Position numbers and translations under genes: made by a program | The notes under the pieces: model-generated | What the model was told of the DNA's origin: nothing | The model's input: only the letters and a program-made list of their open reading frames with translations | The model's database searches: none | Shown here: in pieces, positions 1 through 14,752 of the stretch | How positions within the stretch are numbered: position 1 is the stretch's first letter | Layout of the letters: each line of letters begins with the position of its first letter | DNA from: Octopus sinensis | Taxonomy: Eukaryota | DNA length: 64,000 nt | Assembly: GCF_006345805.1 (NCBI RefSeq) | Contig: NC_042997.1 | Coordinates: 173,228,001-173,292,000, forward strand | Direction of reading: 5' to 3'

Positions 1-2422
1 GTCTATTATATACACCCCCACCTACCTTGGACCCTCAACATCAGGACACACAGCATTATATAGACCTTAAACCTGATAGAATCCATTCCTTCCTAGATTT
101 AATAAATCAGAGAGAGAGAGAGAGAGAGAGAAATCAAATACAATATCTTTTATCTTTTACTTGTTCCAAGCACCACCTTCAAGAAATTTTGTCGAACAAA
201 CTGAACCCAGTACATATTTATTTGAAGTCTAGATTTTATTCTATTGATCTCTTTTGCTGCAATAGTAGGCTACAGGGTCATAAACACACCAAAGCTAGTT
301 GTCAAGCAGTAGTGGTGGCTAAACACAGACACAAAGACACACAAACATGAAGAGCTTCTTTCAGTTTCCATCTACCAAATCCACTCACAAGGCTTTGGTT
401 GGTCAGAGGCTAAAAATGGAAGACACTTGCCCATAGTGCCAAGCAGTGGGACCGAATTTGGAACTGGCAAGAAACTTCTTACTACAAATCCATGTCTGTG
501 CTTATGGACTAGTAATTTATTTCTCTATACAGAAAGAATGAGAGACAATGTTGACCTCTGCATGATTCCAGCAGTGAGTTGGACCAGACCACTTGGATAA
601 CAATTCTACCAACTCCACATGTATGTGTGTGCAAGCTGGTAAGAAATGTGTTGAAAACACCCTTTTGTTTATATGTATACATGTAGCCCACTCCATAAGG
701 TGGTGTTAACTGTAAAAACCCTGCCAAAACAGACAATGAAGTCTGGTGCAGTCTTCTGCCTAGCTAGCCCTTGTCAAACCGTACAACCCATGCCGGCATG
801 GGAAATTGACGTTAAATGATGATGATGATACATGTGGGCATGTTTATATTCCCTTGTCCTATATATCAAGAGATGGCAGTATATGGCCTCATGGTCTATG
901 CACAAGCATGTTCATTTCTCGAACTTCTGTGAAAAACGAGCCTCAGGTAAAAATATTACCTTACTTAGAATAGGGGAGGGAATCTGGTTATAGGAAATCT
1001 GTCACAACAAATTTCATATGACCTATAAAAGCATGGAAAAGGGGACGCTAAATGATAATGCTAATATACATATAGTCACAATGAAGTTACTTAAACCTCT
1101 TATAGGGATATTTATCCAAGATACACTGGTTTAATATATCAAATCTTGAAGAGAAAATTCTTCAATGAATATATTATATAGAATATCATAAAATATCAAA
1201 CATTTTTAATTAGTTCGAAAACAGAGAGATCTGATGAATACAAATTGATTTATTAATTAATCTACATATTCACCAGCGATTGTTTCATTTCATAAACAAA
1301 ATTAAAATTACAAAACATATATAAATATATAATTTTGCATTTTCAATACCTTGTAGGGAAAATCATCAGGGTGTGCAGAGGACAATAAGGATTACATTAG
1401 GATACTTTTGGAATCCACAGAATATAGATATGTTTACAATGTGTGTATGTATACGTGCCTGTGTGTACGTATGCGTTAAAATTATTCCTTTCATTTCAAT
1501 ATTATGTGTACAGAGTGCTCAATACATGTAGAAGGTATAGTTTTTTGGGGGTTTTTTTCATTTAAAATTGAAAACTCGGAACTGTCTGTTTTATGCGACT
1601 GGACACTCGAACTTAAATGAAAGGAACAAAACTATATTCATACACACAACACACACAACAAAACACCTGTGCTCGTCTCTTTATCCATACTCTGGCTTCC
1701 CAACACCTGGCATTAAACCAACACCTCCTCTACTACACTCCGACGCAGTTGAAAAGGGACTTCTTTAGCTTTTGTCTTCTAAGTTAATTGGCAACTTTTG
1801 CTAGTGTCACGAAAAAAAAAAAAAAAAAATAGCACACCGGTACACTCGGCAAAATAGTTGGCATTAGGAAAGCCATCAATCAGTAAGACCATCCCAAAGC
1901 AGATTTTGGAGCACCGACACTAGCCTGTGAAACTTAACAAATCTATACCAGCGTGATGGTAATGCTTCTGTGTGTGTGTGTGGATATAATGGAATGAGAA
2001 AGTTAAACGATGATGATATTATATGTATATATATAAAAAGCACGCACTACACTCGCGGAGTGGTTGGCGTTAGGAAGGGCATCCAGCTGTAGAAACACAG
2101 CCAGATTCAGACTGGAGCCTGGTGCAGCCTTCTGGCTTCCCAGATCCCCGGTCGAACCGTCCAACCCGTGCTAGCGCGGAAAACGGACGTTAAATGATGA
2201 TGATATATATATATATATATATATATTACATGTACAAGTATATTATACACACATATACGATGTGTGGGTGGGTGTATAATGGAAAGAGGACGTTAAACGA
2301 TGAAGATTACATATATATATATACACCACATATACAAATATTATACACACTTATATGTGTGTATGTATGCATGCATGTATGTGTGTGTGTATGTATATCG
2401 TTTTGGGGTTTGGTTTACAAAG

Positions 2423-2459
<37 letters not shown>

Positions 2460-2668
2460 TACACACATGCATACATACTCGCACACAAATAAGTATATCA
2501 AATTCATTTTTCTCGAGAATGCACCGTTTCCGAGCCCTTTCAATCTCTGCTCGTATGTACGTTCACACGTATGTACCGTACCTATTAGGGTTTTTTTGTT
2601 TTTTTTTATCATAACCTATATAAAAATATAGGCTATTCTTTATTAATGTTAGTATTTGCGTGCGCATT

Positions 2669-2731
<63 letters not shown>

Positions 2732-4029
2732 AAAAAAGAGAGAGAGAGAGAGTGAAATATAATAAACATACACACGCGCGCAAGAATTACCACAAAAGAC
2801 AGACAAAATAACGCCAAATATGCCAGAAATATGAATTCAGGTGGAAGACAAAAAAAGGAAAACGAAGTTATCTCCACTTTGACTGGACAATTAGAAAAAG
2901 ACAGAGCGAGCGAGCGAACGAGAGAGAGAGTGAACGAAGAGAGAGAGAGAGAGAACAAGAGAGAGAGAGAACACGAGAGAGAGAGAGAGGAAGAGAAAGA
3001 GAGAGTATTACTCTGTGTCATAGCTGAAATAACGATTTCTGTTAACAAGACAAGGCGACAACTTTGTAGAGTTGTACAGATAGTTCGCTAGGTAGCTGGC
3101 TGGTTGGCTGAATCGACAACTTGTATTTCGTTGCATTACACACACACTACCTAGATGACCAGAATTGCTAAAGGGGACTCGTTAGCGAATTCCCCTCACA
3201 ATGAATTTTCAAACAAACCTCTCTCTACAAACAATATAGAAGGATGGATGGGGGGAAAAAATGATTTAAATAAAATATGAACTACTGCTTTTCTATTCGT
3301 CTCTTGTGCTTCCACAAGGCTTACGCACTCACATATACAATGCCAGGGCTTGTAAAACACACTTAAAAAATACATTTAATGCACACATACACACACACAC
3401 ACGTATGTATACTGACACATGCTATATATTTTATATATATATACACACTTCGCGTCACGAGTTAAACCCTAAATGTGTATATTACATCTTTCCCTCGTGT
3501 GTGCGTGTGTGTGTATGCATGTATAATATTACATAAATATTTATACAAATACACAAATTTATATGTACTTAGTTTATTTACAGATTATATATATATATAT
3601 ACACACATATATATATATATATACCCATACACACTCAAAACTATATAAAATTATATAAACATATACGCACGCATATGTATGCGTGTATTCACACAATACA
3701 TATATACAAAGATATTAAATAAAATTGCACACAAACAGCATACACATATATAGGGTATCTATGTTATAAGTGCAACTATATAGCACCTAAGACAATTTGA
3801 GGAAGTGTAGCAGAGGACTGGTGCGGATTTAAAACACATATATGTACAGAATTTACTTGTGAATAAGTCTCATTATTTTATATGGATTTTAACAGGAAAA
3901 ACTGGGGTCCGACTTAGACATACATGGTGGGTCAAAGTTAAAATTATGACAGGAAAAATTTTATACTAGGGATGCGATGGATACATGAATAAATACGGTG
4001 AAATATATATGTACTTATATACACCGTAT

Positions 4030-4170
4030 ATGTGTCTCCTTGTTTCTTTCTGTGGAAGAGCGTAGGCTCGAAACGTTAAAGACTTTTTTTCACTTCCCGA
4101 GCGTTATACTAACATATTTGTTTGTTGTCTACACCACCTGTCTTCGTCTTTTTTGTGAATTCTCCCTATA
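4030..4170 (+). mobile_element. Penelope-like pseudo-LTR-type repeat with a hammerhead-like motif (copy 1)
   Basis: TCTTT-CTGTGGAA-GAGC-GTAG-GCTC-GAAACGTT-AAAGA at 4045-4082. Homologous to 61390-61550. Confidence 0.65.
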
Positions 4171-4586
4171 TATAAATATATCTACACACATACACCTTAA
4201 CACGATACTCCAGCATTGCCGCAGTCAAATGACAAGCAAAAGAATGAAATGTGCACACTATATATATATATATCAGCACCCGAATCCATATGGCAGCGGT
4301 GGTAATTTATGGAACTGGTAGCATTGGTATTAATAATATATATATTTTAGTAGTACTATTTTTATTGCCAAGTTTTCCGTACACTACGAAGCACATAGTT
4401 CTATGTATGTATGTAACTAATTTGGCATGTATATTAAATATGCATGTTGGACTGTGCCTTTAAGCTTCTTGTGAAACAAATCGTCTCCAATACTTTCTAT
4501 CGGCGTGCTTTGCCGAACAGCTAAGTTATGGGGTCCTAAGCACAGGAACGCTGATTGTCAAGGAGTGCTAGGACAAACACACACAC

Positions 4587-4667
<81 letters not shown>

Positions 4668-4740
4668 GTTAATCCAAACAAGAAAACACAGCAACGCGAG
4701 GACGTGGAACAATTAAAGTATTATTTGACGCTCAGGAAAG

Positions 4741-4802
<62 letters not shown>

Positions 4803-4880
4803 ATCCAAACAAGAAAACACAGAAAAAAACACACAACGCGAGGACGTGGAACAATTAAAGTATTATTTGACGCTCAGGAA

Positions 4881-4922
<42 letters not shown>

Positions 4923-6742
4923 AGAGAGAGAGAGAAATAAACACACGCACTCATACGGCGGTCTTCCAGGATTTCTGTGCACCGTAATAATCATGCGTGT
5001 CCAATGTGCAGTGAAGCGAGGTGCCTAACAGCAACACCTTCGTGATGGTTAATATTTCGCGCACCTTATTTAATATACACAGGAGTTATATCAAAACTTT
5101 CATGCTCAAGTAATACAGTAATCGGACGGGCTTATATAGCGTCCGGGGAATCCTCCTATCTGACCCACGCAGACAGGGTTGGGTCAGACATGGGAATACT
5201 TTGAAGATAATTTTCTACGGCCTTAAAGCTCTTCCTGTTGTCAACCTTAACCGGTTTCCGAGCGGGGTAATACTTTTCCATGGCCAGACGCTTTTGTTTT
5301 TCTTTTTACGGAAGACTGAAAACGAACAATCTTCGTATACAACACTTGCCCAAGGTGTCACATAGTGGGACTGAACCCGAAACGACATTTATGTGACAGA
5401 AGCTATTTATTTGTATATGAAACGAATATATATCTTAAAGTGTCCTACTTAATTCGTTTATGATATTAGGGCTGCACGTATTCTTGAGGGGTTTCCAGCA
5501 TTCATATCGCCCCTCAGTACATATTAAGTTTGATACTTAATCTATCACTGTGACAAAGGAAGGCGCACACATGCATAGGCACTACACATATGCAAATAAA
5601 AATCAACATACACACACACAAATATGTACATACACTGGTCTTCGTTTTGGATGATTGATCAACTGAACTTCCCGCCTCAATGAATTATCGTGTATATTCT
5701 ACAAGGCATGTGTATTCGTGGTGTAATTCGCGGGTGGAATCAACGGCGATCCTTCGGAGATGGTATATCAAAACAACCTGTTTGTTCGGAAATTTCCGTA
5801 AATTAAAAAAAAAAATTCTTTGATATTTTTTCCGGCTGAATTGCTTTTGTTTATTTAGGTGTCTGTGTACGTTATATGTATATGTGTTTATGTGCATGTA
5901 TGTATATTTGTATATGCATATTTGTGTAAGTATATGTATGTGCTTGTATGTACGTATACATACGTATGCTTACATATACAAATACACGCACATAAATCCA
6001 CACGTTTTTTTTTTTGTTTTGATTTTTTTTTTTTTATACGTGAACATAACCGATTGAGCTGGAAAAAAAAATTTTTTAATAAAAGTTTTACGGAAATTGA
6101 CGAATAGTTTCAGTTTCGATATGCGATCGCCGAAAGAGTACCGAACCAGCACGAGACGATTTGTCAATGCTGGATCAAATGATTTTGATATTAGGCGCAG
6201 GAGTGGCTGTGTGGTAAGTAGCTTGCTAACCAACCACATGGTTCCGGGTTCAGTCCCACTGCGTGGTATCTTGGGCCGACCAAATCCTTGTGAGTGGATT
6301 TGGTAGGCGGAAACTGAAAGAAGCCTGTCGTATATATGTATATGTGTGTTTGTGTGTCTGTGTTTGTCCCCCTAGCATTGCTTGACAACCGATGCTGGTG
6401 TGTTTACGTCCCCGTCACTTAGCGGTTCGGCAAATGTGAGCGATAGAATAAGTACTGGGCTTACAAAGAATAAGTCCCGGGGTCAATTTGCCCGACTAAA
6501 TGACTGAAACAAGTAAAAGAGTAAAGAGTATACGTATTTGTGTGCGGGTATATATGCATGCATGTGTGTGTGTGTGTGTCTTTGCAAACCAAACCCAAAA
6601 CATTTATTGATACTATCCCCCCGGTGAGCTTCTAAGCAGTCTCCGTCGACTCAGTTTCATAAAGTATATAGGTTGACCCAAGACACCATTCAGTGAAATT
6701 TGAAACTTGTACATATATGTGTGTAAAAAAATACATGAAGTA

Positions 6743-6941
6743 CAACTCGGATATTCCAGAAACTATGGTTCCTAAGCAGTTCCGAATTAATAATTTTCCC
6801 AAACACCACCTGAATTATACAAATATTAAAAGAAAAAACCCAGCTACCTGTACATTAGGTAGCTGGGTTTTAGCGAAGCTCCGGGACCTTCAGTATCCGG
6901 AAAGAGGTTCCGGACCTTCAGTATCCGGAAACTCTGTGCTG
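6743..6941. mobile_element. pogo/Tigger-like MITE with an internal perfect hairpin
   Basis: TA-flanked. The ends, including the TA, match at 21 of 32 positions as inverted repeats. There is a 15-bp perfect stem at 6835-6871. Confidence 0.5.
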
Positions 6942-8471
6942 TACCTGCATTGCGTGTGTGTGTGTGTGTTATGAGAGATAGGGAGAGAGACACACACACA
7001 CACATATATATATGCGCATGCATACCTAAACAAGTATGTCCCCGACTTTATTTCTTCGTAATTTTCAGCAAAATACAATATATTTTAATGAAATTTTATA
7101 CAAATTTTTTTCCAGAATTACGATTATATTTAAATCTAGGGTGTAAAAAATAAAAATGGTGGGTACTGTATGTGTGCATGTATGCGCGCCATACTAATAT
7201 TTTTTCCAAATTAGATTCCGAATATAACCCTAATATATACATACCATTTGAAAAATATTTGTATAAAATTTCATAAAAAAAAAAAGATTTTTAAATCCCC
7301 CTCCCCATTTTGTCCCAAATTTATTTATTTTTCTAATTTTTTTTTTTTTTTTGCCAAAACTCCCCCATTTTCGGAGACGGAGGTTCCGGAAAATTGCCAA
7401 AAAAAAAAATCGGCATTGTGAAATTTCCCCCTTCCCCTTCTCCCCAACTTCTTCAATTTTGACTTTTTTACCCAACACTAACCCTAACCGTAATCCTAAC
7501 CATAAAACCCTAACTGTAAGAACAGAAATGTTTTGAAATTTTTGTCCGAATCGTGATGTCCGTTTTTTTCCGCATATTTAGAAAAGAAAAGAATTCTTGA
7601 AAAAAAAACATTTAACAAAGATTTTGGGAAATTTTTTTCAGAATCATAATCTCGGTATTTTCCCGCATATTATGAAAAAAAAAAAATAATAATAATAATT
7701 CTGAAAAAGGTTAAAAATGAAGGAAATGGGGTGGGGGGTAATTCAGAAATGTCGATTTTTGCCAATTATTTTGCAGATTCGTATTCCCAGTAGCCGGGAA
7801 TTGTATCGAAAAATAAATTTTTTTTAAGGGTGGTTTTTTGGGTAGGGGGACGGGTGGAAGTTTTGTCAATCACTGTTTTATGGAGAGTTTATGAGTAAAC
7901 CAAAAATCGGGGTGAAGCGGGGAGCAAACTTGAGTACGTGCGCTTTAGCAGTTGCGTAGTTTCATGTTTTTTTTGTTTCTTTTTTTTATTTTTTACTGAA
8001 TGCGGTATCTCTTCGGGTAGATTGCATTTAAAAAAGAAAAGAAAGTAAACAAATAGACAGACAGCATTTTGGGCGTTCTCTGTACCCTCAAAATTTATCG
8101 TCTCTGGACGATTTTAAATATATACTTTTATACATGTGCATGTATATATATATATTATATTATATATATATATATATATATAATATATATATTAACACAA
8201 ATCCTCGCATTTGATAGGCGGAAGCGACAGATGCAGTTATTATTAATACCAAAAGGTAATATTTATCCCCACTTCAAAGTGGATTTTAAGATGGGAATAA
8301 ATAACACATTTATACACGCTCACAAGTATATACTTGTCTTTGTTACCCACCCACTAGCTCTTGACAACCGGTGCTGGTTTATTTACCTCACTAGAAACTT
8401 AGCGATTCAGCATGAGACCGATAGAATAAGTACCAGACAAAATAATAATAATAATAATAATAATAATGATA

Positions 8472-8636
8472 GGCGATCCTTCGGTATAGGTACACACGTG
8501 ACTTTGTTTACAGTTCTGAAGATAAGAGAAACCCTTTTCTCCCACCCCTAACCCTAACACAAACCCTAACCCCTCCTCCATATATAAAAAAAACACTTTC
8601 TTGAAATGTATCCGGTACTTATACCGAAGTTACGCC
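8472..8636. mobile_element. Short TIR element carrying a CCCTAA-like motif, inserted in an (AAT)n tract
   Basis: TIRs GGCGATCCTTCGGTATAGGTAC and reverse-complement GGCGTAACTTCGGTATAAGTAC, with TA on both sides. Confidence 0.7.
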
Positions 8637-9073
8637 TAATAATAATAATAATAATAATAATAATGATGATGATGATGGTGATGATAATAATGATAATAAT
8701 GATGATGATGATGATGATAATAATGATAATAATGATGATGATGATAATAATAATGATAATAATGATGATGATGATAATAATAATGATAATAATGATGATG
8801 ATGATAATAATGATGATGATGATGATGATGATGATAATAATGACAATAATGATGATAATAATGATGATAATAATGATAATAATGATGATGGTGATGATAA
8901 TAATGATGATGATGATGATAATAATGATAATAATAATGATGATGATGATGATAATAATGATGATGATGATGATAATAATGATAATGATGATAATAATATA
9001 ATATAATAATAATAATAATAATAATTATGATGATGATGATGATAATGATAATAATAATGATGATGATGATGAT
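8637..9073. repeat. Compound (AAT)/(GAT) trinucleotide microsatellite
   Basis: About 440 bp of interleaved ATA and ATG triplets. It explains the Ile/Met and Ser/Leu pseudo-ORFs here. Confidence 0.98.
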
Positions 9074-9821
9074 AAAAGCAAAGTACAGTTCGACTAAATC
9101 CATTTAAGTGATGCCCCAGCGTGGCCGTAGTCCAATGATTGAAACAAACATAAAAATAAATTCACCACATTATGGGAGGGTCCAACTATTGGACTTAAAA
9201 TCTATCTAATTGGCTCGGCGCGAATTTATATGTATCTGCTTTTTTTAAATTCATAAATATATTTAGAGAAACTAAAACATATATATTATGTGGACGCATG
9301 TATACACACACACGCACGCAATAGGTGCATACATATGCATGTATGCATGCACACAAATGCATCTGGTAAGTTGCCAGGCATATATTATTTATATAGTCTC
9401 TCCTGACTTACAAAAAAGACGGAACAGGAAGTAGATATGGGACACGTGACAAAAACATCCTGTTCAAGGAACTGACTCTTCTTTCGTTTCTCTCTCTCTC
9501 GCTGACATAACAAAACTAGGTTAATTGTATCTATGTGTATATAGATAGGTACATACACACACATTTATGCGTCTACGTATAAGCACAATATGTACATGTA
9601 TGTATGCGCACACGAGTATATATATGTCTTAAGCTTTTTACTTGTTTCAGTCATTGGGCTGCGGTCATGCTAGGGCACAACTTTGTAGGGTTTAGTCAAA
9701 CAAATCGACCCCTAATAAATTTTTTTCCATCTCGAAACTTCGCACTTGCTTCCATCTGTTTTTGTTGCTGAACAGCAAAGTTACGGGGGACGTAAACAAA
9801 CCTGCCTTGGTTGTCGTATAC

Positions 9822-9856
<35 letters not shown>

Positions 9857-10164
9857 ATGCGTGTGTTTCCGTCTACGCATCCACACGCAAAATTTTTGAT
9901 GCCTCAAGGTGTTGCGTAGTGAAAGTGAACCCAAGACCACATGTTTGAAAAGCACGCTTCTAACCACATAGCCACTCCAGCGCATGTGTGTGTGTGTATA
10001 TATATGTGACTTTGCCTTTCATCCTTTCGGGGTCGATAAATAAAGTACCAGTTACACACTGGGGGTCGATGTAATCGACTTAATCCGTTTGTCTGTCCTT
10101 GTTTGTCCCCCCTATGTTTAACCCCCTGGGGCAATAAAGAAATATATATAGATTATATATATAT

Positions 10165-10196
<32 letters not shown>

Positions 10197-10200
<4 letters not shown>

Positions 10201-10244
10201 AAAAAGGATTTCATATATGTATATGAATATATATAGTAAAAAGG

Positions 10245-10281
<37 letters not shown>

Positions 10282-10679
10282 AAAAAGGATTATATATATA
10301 TATATATATAATCCTTTTTACTATCTATATTCAATACATATATGAAATCCTTTATATATATATATATATATAATCCTTTTTACTATCTATATTCAAATAC
10401 ATATATGAAATCCTTTATATATATATATATATATATATATAGATATATATATTATATATAGATATAGTAAAAAAGGATTTCATATATGTATATGAATATA
10501 TATAGTAAAAAAGGATTATATATATATAATATATATATATATATATAGTAAAAAAGGATTATATATATATATATATATAATCCTTTTTTACTATCTATAT
10601 TCAAATACATATATGAAATCCTTTATATATATATATATAATCCTTTTTTACTATCTATATTCAAATACATATATGAAAT

Positions 10680-10729
<50 letters not shown>

Positions 10730-11084
10730 TTTATTTTAAGCATATTACTCTACCACTGGTATTTGAGTACTCTTTTTTCCACCTTGTTCACATTTATGTG
10801 TTTACTCCGGTATATATATATATATTATTATATAATCCTTTTTTACTATCTATATTCAAATACATATATGAAATCCTTTATTTATATATATATATATATA
10901 TATAATCCTTTTTTACTATCTATATTCAAATACATATATGAAATCCTTTATTATATATATATATATATATAATCCTTTTTTACTATCTATATTCAAATAC
11001 ATATATGAAATCCTTTATTTATATATTATAATATATATATAATCCTTTTTACTATCTATATTCAAATACATATATGAAATCCTG

Positions 11085-11148
<64 letters not shown>

Positions 11149-11170
11149 TATAGTAGTAAAAAGGATTATA
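10197..11170. repeat. AT-rich minisatellite (~45-bp unit) in both orientations, separated by (TA)n
   Basis: The unit AATCCTTTTTACTATCTATATTCAAATACATATATGAAATCC repeats many times, alongside an inverted variant AGTAAAAAAGGATTTCATATATGTA. Confidence 0.9.
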
Positions 11171-11471
11171 TATATGGGTATATTTTATATGTTTGTCATT
11201 TGACTGCGGCGGCTATGCTGGAGCACCACCTTTAGTCCAGCAAATCAACCCCAGGACTTATTCTTTGTAAGAAGAGAGTAGTATTATCTATCGGTGTCTT
11301 TTGCCGAACCACTAAGTTACGGGGACGCAAACACACCAGCATCGGTGTCAAGCGAGTGTTGAGGGGGTGGGGAACACAGACACACAAAGTGTATATATAT
11401 ATACACACACACACGACGGGCTTCTTTCAGTTTCCGTCTAATATATCTATCTATATATATATATATAAAGG

Positions 11472-11510
<39 letters not shown>

Positions 11511-14500
11511 GATTTCATATATATATATATATATATATATTATAAAGGATTTCATATATTATTATATAATATTATATATATATATATTAATATATAATAT
11601 GTAAAAAAAAAGATTTCATACGAAGATTATATATATATATATATATACATTCACACACATACACATAATTACGCTTAAGTGTAAAATTCAGATGTATATT
11701 AAATTCTAAATTAAAAATAAACTAATGAAGTAATTTAGTATAGACGGGTGACAGAGAAACAATTATGCGTGTACATGTGTGTGTATGTGTGTGAATATTC
11801 TATACGTAAACTAAATTTTCTCAGCTACCATTTATAACTTCATTGCCACTGCCAGTCACACAAAGGAATTCATCCACAAATGTGACGATATTTGTAGCGA
11901 AATGGTACTGTTATATTATTGCATTTTTATCATTCACATCTTTTTGCAAATGATTATCCGAACTGCGATTGTCATCCATCTACACTCATATCTATACATC
12001 ACACCTTCGGTAGATATACTCTTTACTCTTTTACTTGTTTCAGTCATTTGACTGCGGCCATGCTGGAGGACGCGCCTTTAGTCGAGCAAATCGACCCGGG
12101 ACTTATTCTTTGTAAGCCCAGTACTTATTCTATCGGTCTCTTTTGCCGAACCGCTAAGTGACGGGGACGTAAACACACCAGCATCGGTTGTCAAGCAATG
12201 CTAGGAGGACAAACACAGACACACAAACACACACACACATATATACGACAGGCTTCTTTCAGTTTCCGTCTACCAAATCCACTCACAAGGCATTGGTCGG
12301 CCCGGGGCTATAGTAGAAGACACTTGCCCAAGATGCCACGCAGTGGGACTGAACCCGGAACCATGTGGTTGGTTAGCAAGCTACTTACCACACAGCCACT
12401 CCTGTGCCTATATAGAAACATTTTAAAATAATTTTGTTCTCAACCACCTCAGACCGCCCTAGGTCTTTTGATGCAAAGCTATTCTATTGTTTAAAGTGTT
12501 CTAAATTATAATCTTTCATCAAAATTCTATACTAATTTAGACATCAGCTTAATAATGAGAAATTTAATCTTTAATAATTAGGTAGTCATTTTTTTTTTTT
12601 TTACTAAATCCTTCAGGATTTTAAAAATTGAATGAACAACCAAACACAGTATGTAATGTGTCAAAAGAAATATGGTAAATGGGTATAAACGAGTCCGGGC
12701 GCATAACCTCTGGTAACACGAAGCTTCGAGAGAAAACTGATGAATACGTAAATGTAAATAAATCTGTGTTGTTTATTTAAAAGCATTTGCTGACGGTGTG
12801 AGACCGAACTAACGTAGAATCAAACCAGGAGACAAGAAAATAGGCGAAGCTTTTAAAAGCCCAGCCACTTTATCGTCACTTTATATGTATATACTCTTTT
12901 ACTCTTTTACATGTTTCAGTCATTTGACTGCGGCCATGCTGGAGCACCGCCTTTAGTCGAGCAACTCGACCCCGGGACTTATTCTTTGTAAGCCCAGTAC
13001 TTATTCTATCGGTCTCTTTTTGCCGAACCGCTAAGTGACGGGGACGTAAACACACCAGCATCGGTTGTCAAGCAATGCTAGGGGTACAAACACAGACACA
13101 CAAACACATACATACATATACATATATACGACAGGCTTCTTTCAGTTTCCGTCTACCAAATCCACTCACAAGGCATTGGTCGGCCCGGGCCTATAGCAGA
13201 AGACACTTGCCCAAGATGCCACGCAGTGGGACTGAACCCGGAACCATGTGGTTGGTTAGCAAGCTACTTACCACACAGCCACTCCTGCGCCTATGTTCTA
13301 CTTGTTTCAGTTACTGGATTGCGGCCAATGCTGGGGCACCGCCTTGAGGGGTTTAGTCGTACAAATCAACCTCAGTAGTTTTTTTTCTTCAAAGTCTTGT
13401 ACTTATTCTATAGGCCTCCTTTACCGAGCCAGCGCTGGTTTGTCCAGGCCTATGTGTGTGCGTAGGGGGGATATTAAATCCGTCTACACACACACACACA
13501 CATATATATATACATATATGCATACATGTAACCATGCACAGACATTATATACATACATGTAATCGTTGAATCACCGAGTATAAATTATTCATGTATTTAG
13601 ATGAATAAATTTATACACGTTCGTGTATTTGTGTAAATATATACACACACGTGTATAAATATAAATGTACAAACATACATGACGATGGATGGACGGATGG
13701 ATGGATGGATGGACAGACAGACAGACAGATAGATATGACATCTATACATTTTTTTTTTTTACTTGTTTCAGTCATTTGACTGCGGCCATGCTGGAGCACC
13801 GCCTTTAGTCGAGCAAATCGATCCCGGGACTTATTCTATCGGTCTCTTTTTGCCGAACCGCATCGGTTGTCAAGCAATGCTAGGGGGACAAACACAGACA
13901 CACAAACACATACATATATATACGACAGGCTTCTTTCAGTTTCCGTCTACCAAATCCACTCACAAGGCATTGGTCGGCCCGGGGTTATAGCAGAAGACAC
14001 TTGCCCAAAATGCCACGCAGTGGGACTGAACCCGGAACTGTGTGGTTGGTTAGCAAGCTGCTTACCACACAGCCACTCCTACGCCATACATGTGTATGCT
14101 TTTTCAAATCTATGTTGATAAACAGTTCTATGTTGTGTTTCTATAACACAATTATAATGACCCACTCTATAGACACGCATACAATGAAACAGTTTCGCAA
14201 GACATGGCTGGGAAGAGGGGAGTTTACCTAAAATGTATTGAAACAGAACTAAGGGCTAATTGGAATAAGCAAAAATGGAGCAGTAAAAGAGTTTCTGCAC
14301 AATCGCTCGACCGGTGAGAAACGGCAATCAAAATCTCCCATGAATATTATACCCAACCATATAAAAAAAAAAAAAATAGGGGTGGGGAGAGACAAATTCA
14401 ATAACATAGTACTATTAACATAGGCGCGGTCGTGGCTGTGTGGTAAGAAGCTTGCTTCCCAACTCCATGATTCCCTTGGTCAAGGGTCTCTACTATAGCC

Positions 14501-14587
14501 TCGGAAAAATCACACGTATAGGTGTCATCTATCTATCTACCTACCTACCTACCAACCAATCTATCTACCTACCTATCTTTCTATCTA

Positions 14588-14621
<34 letters not shown>

Positions 14622-14752
14622 TTTGTGTCTGTTTGTTCTTCGGTCACTGCTTGACAACCGGTGTTTGTGTGTACGTCACGGTAACTTAGCGGTCGGCAAA
14701 AGAGACCGATACTAAACTTTAAAAAAATGTCCTGGGGTTGGTTTGTTCGACT

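Noticed and set aside
2791-3200. CT/GA-rich possible first exon of a minus-strand gene (donor GTG|gtaatt at 2791)
   Set aside because: Composition is suggestive and the first ~1.4 kb is somewhat CpG-poor, but there is no coding or second-exon support in the window.
6194-6270. tRNA-like A/B boxes as tRNA genes
   Set aside because: These are SINE heads. There is no complete cloverleaf, and they continue directly into the SINE body.
8606-9103. Long Ile/Met, Ser/Leu and His/Tyr ORFs
   Set aside because: These are translations of the trinucleotide microsatellite.
12198-12431. Recurring peptides such as MPRSGTEPGTMWLVSKLLTTQP
   Set aside because: These are readings of SINE A copies. The recurrence reflects the repeat, not a gene family.
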